Of a stretch of 64,000 bases of DNA, positions 24,478-37,075 are shown piece after piece. The position numbers were made by a program, and so were the translations under genes. Numbering within the stretch: the stretch's first letter is position 1; every line of letters begins with the position of its first letter. Source of the stretch: Gracilinanus agilis (lineage: Eukaryota); the NCBI RefSeq assembly GCF_016433145.1, contig NC_058133.1:495115252-495179251 (forward strand), given 5' to 3'. The notes beneath the pieces were generated by a model. It searched no databases and was not told where the DNA came from. It saw only the letters and a program-made list of their open reading frames with translations.

Positions 24478-25350
24478 TTGCAATTTTTAAAATTAGAGTT
24501 AATAAGAGTTAAATAATAGAGTTGATGATCGCATTGGAATTACTTTTTCAGTAAAGAATACTGAGACCCAGGGAGGAAGACAGACTTGTTTAATATCATA
24601 TATCTTGTCATTTGAACCCCTATTTGAACCCGGGTTCCCCTTTTATTCTGTGTGGCACTGCCTGTGTCTCTTTGGGGGACAAATACCTTATAATTTGGGC
24701 AGATCGAGCAAATTCAGATGGTTTTTGATTAGAGACCCAATAGTACGGTTCCCTTTTCAGGGGAAAACAAGCTATCCTTCAGTCTGGAGGGCTGTGTTGT
24801 CCAAGGAAGGAAGTGGCGTGAGAGAACAAGTCTAGGGATCAAGAGAAGGAGAATCGACTCCTGGGCCTTCTACTCACGACCTTTGTGTCTTTAGACTAGT
24901 CACTCTCCTCCTTATGACTCTTCAGAACGAAGCAAATAGGCTGGAAGCTCTCCGAGAGCCCTTCCAACTCTGACACTTTTGAACATCCAGTTCTATGGTG
25001 CCTCCTCTGGGTATTCTTTGGCTCTTGGGCTGACCCACTTTTGTCCTGTTGGTAGGTAGGGAGAAGGCAGAGCTTGGTACCAGAATGTATTTATACAGGG
25101 ATGGTCCTAGGTTCAGGTGCAGTAGGTGCGTATCTATAGAGGGATGTATATGGACCTCCAAAGCATCTTTTCTTAAAGCCTCCTTTGGTGTTTGCTATTT
25201 CCACTATTAGAATTGCAGAATCACATTTGTGACTGAAAGGGACCCTAAAAGTTGTCTTGTCTAACCCCTTTATTTTACAGAAGATAAAACTGACTCCTAG
25301 AGAGGTTGATGTCTTTGGTCATACCGCTAGTAAGAATCTAAGATGACAAG

Positions 25351-25539
25351 GGGGCAGCTGGGTGGCTCAGTGGATTGAGAATCAGGCCCAGAGATGAGAG
25401 GTCCCGGGTTCAAATCTTCCTATATGTGTGACCCTGGGCAAGTCACTTAACTCCCATTGCCTAGCCCTGACCACTCTTCTGCTTTAGAACCAATATACGG
25501 TATTGATTCTAAGATGGAAGGTAAGGGTTTAAATAAAAA
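25351..25539 (+). mobile_element. SINE1_Mdo-like SINE inserted in an antisense MIR (~25230-25610)
   Basis: TSD aagaatc(t/c)aagatgaca. Confidence 0.92.
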
Positions 25540-26819
25540 AGAATCCAAGATGACATTTGAACTCAAGTCTTCCTGACTTGAAGTTCAACTCCATCAGGCC
25601 ACACTGCCTACCCCTTTCTTGGGCACTCATCTGAAAGGGACCTTAGAGATAATTTAGTCCAACTTCATTGACAGATCAAGAAGTTGAAGTCTTGAAATTA
25701 AGAGGTAAAATGACTAGCCTAGGGACACACTGCTAGGGTGGCAGCTCAGTAGGGACACATTTTTTGGAAGGGGACTTTCTGGTGTCCTTCAAATGATACT
25801 CTATAAACAGAAAGCTAGCCTGAGCATTTTGTAGGACTGTCCCCACCACCCCCTGCCTCCCCAAATGCAGAGGCTGGTGCTAGTTCAGAGAAAACATCTC
25901 AAAGCCACTCTGATTGCTACAACATTCTTCATCCCTTTATTATCAAGAACTTCAGACTCAGTTTAATAGAAAACCAACCTTATGTCTGTGGACCATTTTC
26001 TTTTTATCTGGCCTCTCACACAAACGATACGGGCTTGAGATGCCAAGTTCAGAAAGGGCCTCCACATCCTGTGGTTGGATCCTGGGAACTTCTGGATTTC
26101 CATTTGAATAGAAGGAGGCTGGTATTTGTGTGTGTGTTAGAAGCCTCTGATAACTTGGGAACCGTCCAAAGGATTCTGGTCCTTTCCTCGGTGACCTTGG
26201 CCAGTGGCTTCCTCTGTGAAGTGAAGAAATGGCATTTAAAGACCTCAAATCCCCCTCCCAGATCTGCCCTTCCCTACCATCTTTGGTGAACTACGGAAGA
26301 GCCAAAAGACACATACGAGTCCCTTGCACGCATGGAAGAATGATAATGTGGCATGGAATTCGTTCCAGTTTTCAGGCTGGAATCATGATTTCATAGGCTT
26401 GTAGCCCTGGCGCTGGAAGGGATCTCAGAGGTCAGGAGGCTAACTTTGCCTTTTTACAGATAAGCTGTTTGCTTAAGTGATTTCCTCCCAGCTACACAGA
26501 GTGCAAGTGTCAGAGATAGGATTTGAACCCAAGTCTCCAGAGGCGGTGCCCCTTCCATGATGCCATAAGTGCCTTTGCAGGATTAAAAAGCAAAACAGAA
26601 CAACAAACCTTACTTCTTTCCTCTGTTGTGTTAAACCTTCTAAAATCACTCAATCTTCCGTTCCATCCAGAAGGGGTTATTAATGACTTTCTAAATGCTC
26701 TACATGTGTGGAGGATACAAAGAAAAAGTAAGAACAGCTCCTCCCCTCAGGGAGCTTACTTTCTAGGGCAGAGCCATCATGTGCCGTGCCTTAGTGGGAT
26801 CAGCTGAAGAGCTGGGGAT

Positions 26820-27330
26820 GTTTAACATGGAGAAGAGAAGACTTGTGGGAACATTAGTCCCTATTTTCAAGGATTCAAAAGTCACCTGGAATTAGATTTG
26901 GTCTGTTTTACCCCAGCGGGAAGAATTGAGGCAGAGAGGTGGCTGTGGATGGAGATTCAGGCCTGGAGTCGGGAGGTCCTGGGCTCAAATTTGGCATCAG
27001 ACACTTCCTAGATGTGTGACCCTGGGCAAGTCACTTAATTCCCATTGCCTCGTCCATTCCACTCTTCTGCCTTAGAATCAATACACAGCATTGATTCTAA
27101 GATGGAAGAGAAGGAGTTTTAAAAAATGGTGAAGAGACAGCAGATGTATGTCTAACGAGGAAAATTGTATTAATAATGAGTAAGCCAAAAGTGGAATGGG
27201 CATCCCTGAGAGGGAAGGAGTTCCCCCTCATCAGGACTCTTTAAGCAAAGGCTGGATGGTCAGTTGTAGAGGGAATTCCTTCTCTAGGAATTGGAATTGA
27301 ACTTAATGGTCTCTGACATCCTATCCAACT
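26820..27330 (+). mobile_element. L3/CR1 3' fragment interrupted by a SINE1 (26928-27125)
   Basis: gtttaacatggagaagagaagac...tggaatggg...ccccctca...ttccaactc CR1 terminus. Confidence 0.75.
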
Positions 27331-27410
27331 CCAGGAGTCTGGGCTATTTCAGTACCTCTCCTGGGCACTCTGAGCATCAGCTGCATGCCCAGGCTTCAAG
27401 ACTACATCCT

Positions 27411-27592
27411 GGGAGCAGCTGGGTAGCTCAGTGGATTGAGTCAGGCCTAGAGACGGGAGGTCTTGGGTTCAAATCCGGCCTCAGACACTTCCCAGCTGTG
27501 TGACCCTGGGCAAGTCACTTGACCCCCATTGCCCACCCTTATCACTCTTCCACCCAGGAGCCAATACACAGAAGTTAAGGGTTAAAAAAAAA
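27411..27592 (+). mobile_element. Young SINE1-type SINE
   Basis: Full copy with A tail. Confidence 0.92.
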
Positions 27593-28070
27593 GACTTTAC
27601 TTCCTTAAGTACAGAGCCATCTCAGGAGGGAAACACAGGCCTGGGTGACAATAGGTGTTAGCTTTCTTTCTTTCTTAAAGAAAGGATCTGGGCAGGCCCT
27701 CTTTTGGGCTCCTCCAGGACAGGTAAGCTCTGCCATAAAGCCTCAGGGGTAAGTCAGTCAACTAAATTGAAGGAAGGTTGGGATGATCTTAAAATTGGCT
27801 TTGATTCTCTACCTTCTTCATCAATCAATCAAACAGCAAGAATTTATTAAATACCTACTATGTGCTAGATATGTGTTAGTTGCTAGAGGTAAAAAAACCC
27901 CCAAATAACCAAGAAGACAAAATCCTTACCCTCAAAGAACTTACATTTTGTGAAACAGAATCATCTACCTCTCTGTCCATCCATCTATATTCGCAGTACC
28001 TCCTATGAGCCAAGCATTGTGCTAAGTACAGGATCTAGAATTAGAAAAGACTCTAAGAAGCCATCTGGTC

Positions 28071-28383
28071 TAGAGGTTCTTAAACCAAGGTCTGTAGAGC
28101 CCCTGCAGATCTGTGAATTGTCTTCAGGGGGGTCTATGGGCTTGGATAGGAAAAAACATTATGACATCTTTATTTTCACTAATCTCTAATTGAGATTTTG
28201 CATTTCCTTCCATTATGAAGGTAGTCAGTGAACTATTCTGAGGAGGGATCCAGAGGCTTCGTCAGACTGCCTAAGAGAAAAAATAATAACAATATAATAA
28301 AATAATAATAATAATATAATAATAATATAATAATAATAATAATAATAATAAGTCTCTGAGATAAAAAAGGCTAGGAATCCCTG
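28071..28383. mobile_element. Older hAT/Charlie-type MITE with an internal (TAA)n tract (~28285-28350)
   Basis: Degenerate TIRs tagaggttctt / aggaatccctg; degenerate TSD atctggtc / ccctagtc in a MIR-like context. Confidence 0.6.
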
Positions 28384-29986
28384 CCCTAGTCCAATGCCAA
28401 CATTTTTCAAGCGAGAAAATTGAAATTCAGAGAGATTAAATGTCTTAGGATCAGAGAATCCCGAATTCAGAACCGAAAGGAAAATCAGATTCTATGGAAA
28501 AGGGTCCTTTTATTTTACAGATGAGAGAACTGAGCCCCAAAGAGCTTATCTGTCTTACTTCCACAAGTATTAATAATAATTTGGAGCTGCAAGAGTCCAC
28601 AGAGGTTATCTAGTCTTTTATTTTCTTGAGAAGGAAACCCAGGAATGTATCAAGGTATCAACACCCAGACTCATTTATCAGCTTGTCCAGTGGAGAAGAA
28701 TGCCCTATTATTTACAGTTTCTGCTTCTCTCCTAACTCTCCATTCAAAATTTATTCATCCAGTGTCCCATTCCCAGATCATCTGAAAAACAAATCGATGA
28801 TAATTTGACTTTGAAATTAACCACCTCTGTGGGTCTCAGTTTCTTCCTCTGTAAAACTAAGAGGTTGCCTATTCTGACTCCAAATTGAGAGTTCTTTCCA
28901 TTCTTCCCTGTTCCCTCTGTGAGTCTGGTTTCCTCAACTAGATTATAAGACTATTTTGAGGGAAGGGGCTGTTCCTTCTTCTCTGTGACCCCCATAGTCC
29001 CCAGCACAAGAATAATCCATTCATAGGGGCTCAGGGAATGTTTGTTGGATAAGGTAGAGAAAGCAGACTGGTAGGGAATCAGGAGACCTGTATTTTGCAA
29101 CAGGGCTCTGCCACTGATTGGCTGTGTGACATTGGGCAAAGTCCTTCCCCTCTCGGGGTCTCTGCTTCTGCATCTAGAAAATGAGGGTATTAGAATAGAT
29201 GATCCTTAAGGTCCTTTCCAACTCTAAATGTTAGCAGCTATTTTGATGGAGGAATAATAAAAGTATGTTGCTCTAGGCTAGGGAAAGCAGCATTCTGGGG
29301 TCTGCTGGGAATTAGCCAGAAGCTAAAACCATTAGGACTTTTACTTAGAACAGCCTTTGGAAAGCTTTTAAAGTGATTATGAATTTGCAAGTTGGCTTTG
29401 GAAGGTCAAGTTCATGTATTCATTTCTTTATCTTCTCTTCCACTTCTCTGAACTGCTCCTTAAAAAAAAATGATGCATCTATTAATTTGAGGATTTGGAT
29501 TGAGTCAACAGGTATTGAGCAATTCCTGTGAGTTCAGTTCTGTGTTGAGGGAGCACAGGAAAAGGAAAAGTTCCTGCCCTTGAATAGCTTTTTGTGGGAT
29601 ATAGATCTCCCTCTTTCCAAACTGGGACTTCCCTTTCCTCAGCTGAGCATCTGCTCTCCCAACCTGTTAGTGGTCAGTTTGGCTTCCCTCTTTCTGGGTC
29701 AGGCCAGACATGCACTCAAAAGGGCCTGATGGAAGACCTTTTTGGGATAGATTAATGCTAGAGGAGATAGCTGCCCATCTGCCTCCAGCTCCGGTTCTTT
29801 GTACACTGGCTGGGCACTTTCTGGAGAAAGAGCCCTTCCTTAACTGGAAATGTGTCCAAGTTCAGAGCACTTAACTGAAATGGAGATGGAAGCCATTGAG
29901 GAAATTCAATTCCATTTAACAGATGCTTATTATGTGCCTACTGTGTGCAATCCAATCCAATTCAACCAATATTTCTTGATTGATTT

Positions 29987-30512
29987 AGACTGAATTTCCC
30001 TATCTTACATAGGCTAGAACAACAGTTGGTCATTCATGACCTGATCTAACTGCTGTTCCATTGGGAAGCTTTGACTTTTGCTGTTATGACCAGTGATAGT
30101 TCACTGCTCCTGATGGTCCTCCACCATCACTACCACCATGACCTCCTCCTTCTCTTCTTCCTCTTCCTTCTCCTCCTCCTCTTCCTCTTCCTCTTCATTC
30201 TCCTCTTCCTCCAGGGCTCACTATTTTGAAATTAAACTTAATTAATTATCTTTATTTTTTGCACTTTTCTTTTTCTTTTTTTTCAGATTTAAATATTTTA
30301 TTTTTTTAGAAAAATTTTCCATGGTTACATGATTCCTGTTTTTACTTTCCTCTTCCCCCCCATCAACCCTCCCCCATATCCAGTGCACATTTACACTGGT
30401 TAATTAATTAGCTTTAGCCATATTTCAGCTTAGAGTTCCCAAGTTCAGTTGATCCACCAGCCTCAGTCATCCCCAATAGCAGGGATTACAGGTATGAATC
30501 ATCCCATCTAGT
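29987..30512 (-). pseudogene. Full-length 7SL (SRP) RNA retro-pseudogene, split by a (CCT/CTT)n tract and an L1 3' fragment
   Basis: Minus strand cctgtaatccctgctattggggatgactgaggctggtggatca matches the 7SL 5' Alu domain; 29990-30125 is colinear with the 7SL 3' half and S domain. Confidence 0.8.
30125..30210. repeat. (CCT/CTT)n-type low-complexity tract
   Basis: Read directly. Confidence 0.9.
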
Positions 30513-30584
30513 AAACCAACATTTATTAAACTTTGACTCTGTGCAATCCAGTTTAATTGAATTCAACTGGTACTTCTTAAATGC

Positions 30585-30828
30585 TTGTTATTGTTTAGTT
30601 GTTCTGTCTTGGGTGACTCTTCATGACCCTGTGGACCATAGCATGACAATACTTTCCTTGGGGTCTTCTTGGAAAAGGTACTGGAGAGGCTTGTCATTTT
30701 CTTCTCCAGTGGACAGAGCAAACAGAGATTAAGTGATTTGCCCAGTAAGTGTCTGTGTCTGGATTTGAACTCAAGTCTTCCTGACTCCAGGTCCAGCACT
30801 CTGAACACACTGAGCCACCTAGCCGCTC
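30585..30828 (-). mobile_element. MAR1-type SINE
   Basis: RTE-like tail variant plus CORE and head. Confidence 0.8.
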
Positions 30829-30869
30829 TATTAAATCCATACGATGTGGCAACTAAAACTAATCCACCA

Positions 30870-31057
30870 GGGGCAGCTAGGTGATTCAGTGGCCTGAGAG
30901 CCAGGCTCAGAGACAGGATTTCCTGGGTTTAAACCTGGTCTCAGACACTTCCTAGTTGTGTGACCCTGAGCAAGTCATTTAACCCCTTCCTGCTCTTCTG
31001 CTTTAGAACCAATACACATTATTGATTCTAAGACTGAAGGTTAGAGTTTAAAAAAAA
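30870..31057 (+). mobile_element. SINE1_Mdo-like SINE
   Basis: Full copy. Confidence 0.9.
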
Positions 31058-31254
31058 CCCACCACTGATCCACTAATTAAAGTAAAACCAATCAACCAAC
31101 AATTATTAATTGCCAACTGTGTACAGTCCAATCCAAACCAATCAATGAATTATTAAATGTCTACTTTGTATTATTCAGGCTGGTTCAACCAACATTTATT
31201 GATAACCTGCTGTATGCAACACAATGAATTTTAAACCTACATTTTATAATTTAG

Positions 31255-31510
31255 GCAGTTAGGTGATGCAATGTATAGAGTGCTAGACCTGAAGTGAGGA
31301 ACCTCTGAGGGCTCAAATGCTGTCTCAGATACTTACTGACTTATCTGTGCTCTCCTGGGCAAATGCCTCAACCTCTCAGAGCCCTGGTTGTCTTAGCTAT
31401 AAAATGAGAGTAATAATAACCCCAGCTTTAGAGTGTCATTGTGTGGATCAAACAAGACAATATACATAAAGGGTTTTGCAAACTTTAAATAGCTAGTAAA
31501 TGTCACCTAT
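31255..31510 (+). mobile_element. MIR, near full length
   Basis: Head, CORE and tgtaaa...attatt tail. Confidence 0.82.
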
Positions 31511-31984
31511 TATTAAATGCCTACTGAGTACAATTCACTTCAACCAACGTTCTAAGCCTTTTCTATGAGTGACCAATTCAATAAATACTTTCTAAATTCT
31601 TAAAATTCAAATCAATTTGGTCAATGTTTGTGAAATACCTACTATGTGCAACACAATTCAATCAATATTCGATCACCTATGTGTAATATATTCATTCCAG
31701 ATTCAATCAAAATCCATTAGTTACCTGCTATATGCAGCCCATCCCAATTCTACCTCCATTTATTAAGCGCCTACTGTTTATAATCCAATACAACAAAAAT
31801 GTATACCTTTTTGGCAAGAATCTGTGTGGTGTAGTGGATAGGGAGCTGACCGCTCAGTTAGAAAGACCTGGATCTCACTCTGGCCTCCCGCTGGGTCTCT
31901 AAGACTAAGCTTCAGAAAAGATTCTAATCTCCATGGAGAGATGGAATTCTTTGCCAGGAACTCTCTATACCCATGAAACCATTT

Positions 31985-32452
31985 TGTTGTGGTTCAGTCA
32001 TGTCTCACTTCATGATCCCATTTGGGTTTTTTTATATTATAAAGATATTTTATTTTATCAATTACACATAATAACAAATTTCCACCTAAGTTTTCTGAAG
32101 TTATAGGATCCAAATCGTCTCCCTCTCTCCCTTCCCTCCCTCCTCCTGGAGCTGGCAAGCAATTAGATCTGGGTTATACATGTATTATCATGCAAAACAC
32201 ATTTCCATGTTGGTTATTTTTGTAAGAGAATAATCATTTAAAACTCAAACCCACCACTTGGAATTGTTTTGGCAAAAGAGTACTGTGGTGGTTTACCATT
32301 TCCCTCTTCAACTCATTTGACAAATGAGGAAACTGAGGCAGAATTAAGTCATTTGCTCAGGGTCACACAGCCAATAAGTGTCTGAGGCCAGATTTGAACT
32401 CAGATCTTCCTGACTCAAGGCCCATGATCCATCGACTTCACCACCTGGCTTC
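31985..32452 (-). mobile_element. MAR1 SINE with an L1 3' fragment inserted (~32025-32255)
   Basis: MAR1 tail resumes after the L1 3'UTR piece. Confidence 0.8.
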
Positions 32453-32789
32453 TATTATAGTTCTGGTTTAAAAAAAAAAAAAAAACAACAAGGAAAGAGG
32501 AACCTCCTAAAAGTGTCCTTGTTCTCAAAGTGTGTAAATTCTGCTGTACATCAATAAGCAAATATAACATAACTTTAGGAGGGAAAGAGTATTAATCACA
32601 TGTAACTGGAAAAAGTAACATATTTTTAAAATAATAAAAAAAGAAAGCATATTAGCCACTAGAAAAGAAGTCTTTCACCTTTTTTTGTATCATGGCTCCC
32701 TTTTTGTGGTCTAGGAAACCCTTTGGACCCTGCCCTAGTATAATATTTTTAAATAAATAAAACATGTAGGATTATAAAGGAAGTCAAAT

Positions 32790-33015
32790 ATATATGTAAT
32801 ATATTATGTATTATAAAATATGTAATATATACTATATGCACATATACACACATATAATACATGCATATATTATGCACAGATAATATTATGTTAATTATAT
32901 ATTACATGAATATAATATAATATTATGTTATAATAATATAAAATATATTATGTTATATTTTATATAATATGTGTGTATCTCTCTCTCTCCATATATATGT
33001 ATATATATATATATA
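32790..33015. repeat. AT-rich/(TA)n low-complexity tract
   Basis: Read directly. Confidence 0.9.
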
Positions 33016-35039
33016 AACTCTTTCCCTGGAGCCATGTTGACACATGTACCAGAGCATGCCAGAAGAGGGGGCTGCTCCATTCCCCCTCTCCATGTATGCC
33101 TGAGGACATTTCTCTCACCACCTGCCCCTCTGTCCAGCAGCCCAGTGGGAGCCCTTTTCCCCTCCCCTATCTGGGGTAAGGTAGCAGAGTTTGCAGTTTG
33201 GGCACTCGGTCTCTAAATGGTTTGCCATCACTGCTCTAGAAGGAGCAGAGAGGTTTTTCCAAAAGAGATAGCAGAGGAGTTGAGGCTAGGAGGAAGGAAT
33301 AAAGAGGGCAGCCCAACTCCATCACTGTAGCCCAGATATTCTAGGCAGTCTCATTGCCTCCTCACAGTGGGAGCAGTAGTGACTGAAGAAAGAGAGGAGC
33401 TATCCCCCGCCGTGCACCAGTGACAGTGGGATGGGACTGCCAAACTCAATTGTGGGGGTTTGGGGAGACAACAACCACGTTGGTATTCAGCAGTGCTCTC
33501 TCTCTCTCTCTATGGGCACCAATCATTCTTTGCCTGAAATCTGCTCTTACAACCTTTAATGTCGTCTAGTGTTTTGAGGAGTGTCATGGCAACTAAAAGC
33601 CTACCCGAAAAGAAAAGAAAATGTCTTTCTTTGTATGTTCTACTAATGCCTCTAGAAACTTGGTTTTTGCTGATCTGTTTAACTAGATCGCCCTTTGGAG
33701 AGGGGGGTTGTGCAACTGCGTGTCTAAGGAAAGGAAGTTTGATCTCCTGCAGAATTCTCACTAGGGCTAGGTAAATAGGGCTTTGCTCAGGGGGCTGACA
33801 TCCAGTGGGTGCTGAGAGCACCATCCCAGCATAGAGCCCAAGAAATCTCCCAGAATGTCTCAAAACATTCTTCACCCCCTGCCTGGTCCTAAGTGGAAAA
33901 ACTCCCAGGGCTGGTTCTACCAATGTGGCCCCGTACTGCTGAAGAACAACATTTGGAACAATTTTAGGTTCTGCTTTGGGTTTCTAAAGAAGCCATGAAT
34001 GTGGCCTCAAGAACTGTCCAGAGAAGGTGCTCAGATGGGGTCAGTAATATGGAATCAAATCTTTCTAGGGGTTGAAAGTTGACAATATTCTTCAGGAGGT
34101 GCTACGGAGAAAGGCTCCTAGAGGAGGGGAATTCAACAATTGTAGAGCTTTCTCCACACTGGCCCGTGTGATCAGAACTTCCCATGTATGCCATCTGCAG
34201 CAATGTAATGATATAATTTATAACAATCAGTTTCAATTTCAAATATTAATTGATCCAAGCCTCCTAACAGAGCACCTGGGAGCAGGCAGGTATAAGAGCA
34301 GGAGGCAGGTGGCTGGTTAAGCCTTATTGGCCTCCCACCTCCTATTGGCTAGCCAATTAGGCAAAAAATTGTTTCTTCTAAAAATTCCTGGCAAGTCCCA
34401 TTCCTTTGGGATTGGGAAGGGAATAAGCATTCGTATAGTGCCTGCTATGCATCAGGCACTAAACACTTTATTATCGCATTTGATCCTCACAAGAGCCCCT
34501 GGATACAGGGGCTCTTAATATCTCCATTTTAGTTGAGGAAATTGAAGCAGATGAATGTTAAGTGACTTGCCTGAGGTCACACAGCTAGCAAGTGCCTGAG
34601 GTTAAATTTGAACTCAGGTCTTCCTGACTCCAAGACCATCTACTGAACAACTCGCTCCCCCTAGAGGGCATGTAGGACATTTTGGGGCTAGATAAGCCTT
34701 CAGAGTCAGAGAATGACTAAGAACTATCCTGTGGTTCCATTGAAGTCTAATGCCTGATGTTAAATGAAGATCTCATGGAATAGTGGATAGGATTCTGGGC
34801 TTAAAGTTTGAGAGAAATGGTTTCAAATCTCAACTCAAACATTTAAACATGTGACCTTGGGCAACCCTCAGAACTTAAGTTTCCTCTTTGGTAAAAATGG
34901 TCATGATAATAGAATCTGGAAAGCACTTTTCAAACATTAAAGACTAAAACTCCACTGTTTTGTTGCTATATGCCAAGTACTGGGATGAGACAAGGGATAG
35001 AAACATAAAAACGGAGAAACCATCGCTGCCTATTCAATT

Positions 35040-35400
35040 TTTAAAAAACTCTTACCTCCTACCTTAGTTTCAATTCTAAGACAGAAGAGCAGCAAGGGCT
35101 ACGCAACTAGGGTTCGGTGACTTGCCCAAGGTCACACAGCTAGGAAGAATCTGAGGTTAGATTTGAATCTAGGTCATCCCAATTCTGGTCATGGCACTCT
35201 ATCCATGGTGCTACCATGCTATATCAGGAGTATAGATTTTGAGTTGGTAGGGATCTTTGAGATCATAGTATCTAATCTCATTTTACAGATGAGGAAACCA
35301 AAACCCATGGGAAGACATGACTTAGCCAAGGTCACATAGGCAGGAAGCATCAGGGGCTAGCCTTGAATCCAGGTCCCTTTCCATGGTAGCATGTTACCTC
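35040..35400 (-). mobile_element. CORE-SINE (~35040-35215) followed by a MIR (~35225-35400)
   Basis: CORE motifs. Confidence 0.8.
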
Positions 35401-35549
35401 ACTGTTATATATAAATCATACCTACAGGGTATTCCAAAAGACTAAGTGCAGTTTTAAGCTAACTTGTTGAATTAATTTAAGTGAATCTGTTGAACATTAA
35501 GCTATTGAAGCTTAAAACTGTACTAAGACTTTCAGGATACCATATAAAT

Positions 35550-35570
35550 ATACACATATATGTATGTATG

Positions 35571-35644
<74 letters not shown>

Positions 35645-35660
35645 TAACTATATATATAAA
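35550..35660. repeat. Compound (TATG)n(TA)n(GA)n microsatellite
   Basis: Read directly. Confidence 0.95.
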
Positions 35661-36129
35661 ATACCATATGGTAATTTGATGAGACAGGAAATGTCATAAA
35701 TTGACGAGATGAACCCTGAATTTGTGGAATTTTTGGTCTCTTGATAGAGACCTGACATTACGTTTAGGAAACTTCTGGATTTAAGAGGGAGATAAGGTTT
35801 CTATACTTGGTGAGCTTCAAGTATGAAGGGGGGAGGCACTGCTCTCTCCCTTGGGATACTTCTGCATCTATGCTTCAAAACTCATGTGTCTTCCCCATTA
35901 GATGTCTCATTCTCTGAAGGTAGATGCCAGAAGTACCCTCAAGATACTGGTATCTTAGCAGTACCCCAAGGAAGAGAGCTGTACCTCTTTTTTTCCATCC
36001 TACTTCCTCCTCTCTTCTTGCTCCATCATTATCCATCATTTCTCTTCTTCCTCTGATGTCCTCCATCTTCCTTCTGAAAGAATTTGAAGTGGGGACAAAG
36101 GGTTGTAGCCAAAACAACTAATGGGATCT

Positions 36130-36645
36130 TGAGCTGCATACATTAAAAGAGTAATCAGGAGATGATGGCCTCTCTATATTCTGCCCCTATCAAACCCCAT
36201 ACTCTGTTCAGTTCTGGACATCACACATTAAGAAGGACATTGATAAATTGCAGACGGTCCCAAAGATGACAACCTAGAGGGGGAAATGACTTAAGTCCAT
36301 GTGCTTTAAGGCTTGGAAGGAACTAGGAAATATTTAGTTTGGAGAAGAGAAGACCCAGAAGGGACCCAATGTGGCTGTCACAGAAGAGGGATCAAGCTTG
36401 TTCTGCTTGGCTCCAGAGGGCAGAACCAGGTGCAGCGGATGGAATTTGTAGAGCAGCAAATGTAGTCTTGATGTCAGGAAAAACTCCCTAATAATTAGAG
36501 CTTTTAAAAAATGGAGTGAGATTTGGGGTGGGTGGATTCCTCCTCTTTGGAGGCCTTCAGATAAAGGCTGAAGATCACTTGTTGGATGTATTTTGGTGAA
36601 GAGGAGGATTCCTTTCAGGAGAAGTTGGTCTAGGTGGCCACCAAA
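36130..36645 (+). mobile_element. L3/CR1 3' fragment
   Basis: ctctatattctgccc...gttcagttctggacatcacacattaagaaggacattgataaa CR1 ORF2 end (LYSAL..P.LEY.VQFW.P). Confidence 0.85.
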
Positions 36646-36664
36646 GTACCCCTCCCCTCTTATT

Positions 36665-37075
36665 TTTTTAAAACCCTTATCTTCTGTCTTAGAATCATTA
36701 CTGTGTATTGGTTCCAAGGCAGAAGGGGGTTAAGAGTTAGGCCCATGGTGGTGAACTTAGGGCACATGTGCCGGGGGGCACTCAAAACCCTCTCTGTGGT
36801 CACATGTGTTGTTGCCCCAGCACAGAGTTTGCCAGAATTCATTATTAGAACACCAGAGGGGTGCAGGGCTGGGCTGCTTCCCTTCCCATTCCCCACACCT
36901 GAGGACATCTCTAATATCACTCGCCCCTCTAAAAGGTTCCCCATCACTGGGCTAGGCAATGTAGATTAGGTGACTTGCTCAAAGCTGCACAGCTAGGAAG
37001 TGTCTGAGGCCAGATTTGAACCCAGGACCTCCTGTCTCTGGACCTGGCTCTCAGTCTTCTGAGCCACCCAGCTAT
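36665..37075 (-). mobile_element. SINE1_Mdo-like SINE split by a hAT MITE
   Basis: The SINE tail and CORE/head flank the MITE. Confidence 0.88.
36743..36949. mobile_element. Non-autonomous hAT MITE (207 bp; CAGTGATGG-type TIR)
   Basis: Right TIR aaggttccccatcactg, degenerate left TIR ccatggtggtgaactt; TSD agttaggc / ggctaggc. Confidence 0.85.

Larger units (their letters stand above)
29900..31800. repeat. Degenerate tandem array of ~40-50 bp L2-3'-tail-like units, interrupted by later insertions
   Basis: About 15 copies of aat(c/t)caa..caacatttattaa.tgcctactgtgtgc-like units. Confidence 0.65.

Noticed and set aside
30864-30877. CTCF motif at a SINE junction (ccaccaggggcagc)
   Set aside because: It is one G short of the consensus core spacing.
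33370-33482. Acceptor-bounded candidate exon 2 (ctcctcacag|TGGGAG)
   Set aside because: All three frames hit stop codons within ~20 codons, including the phase required by exon 1.
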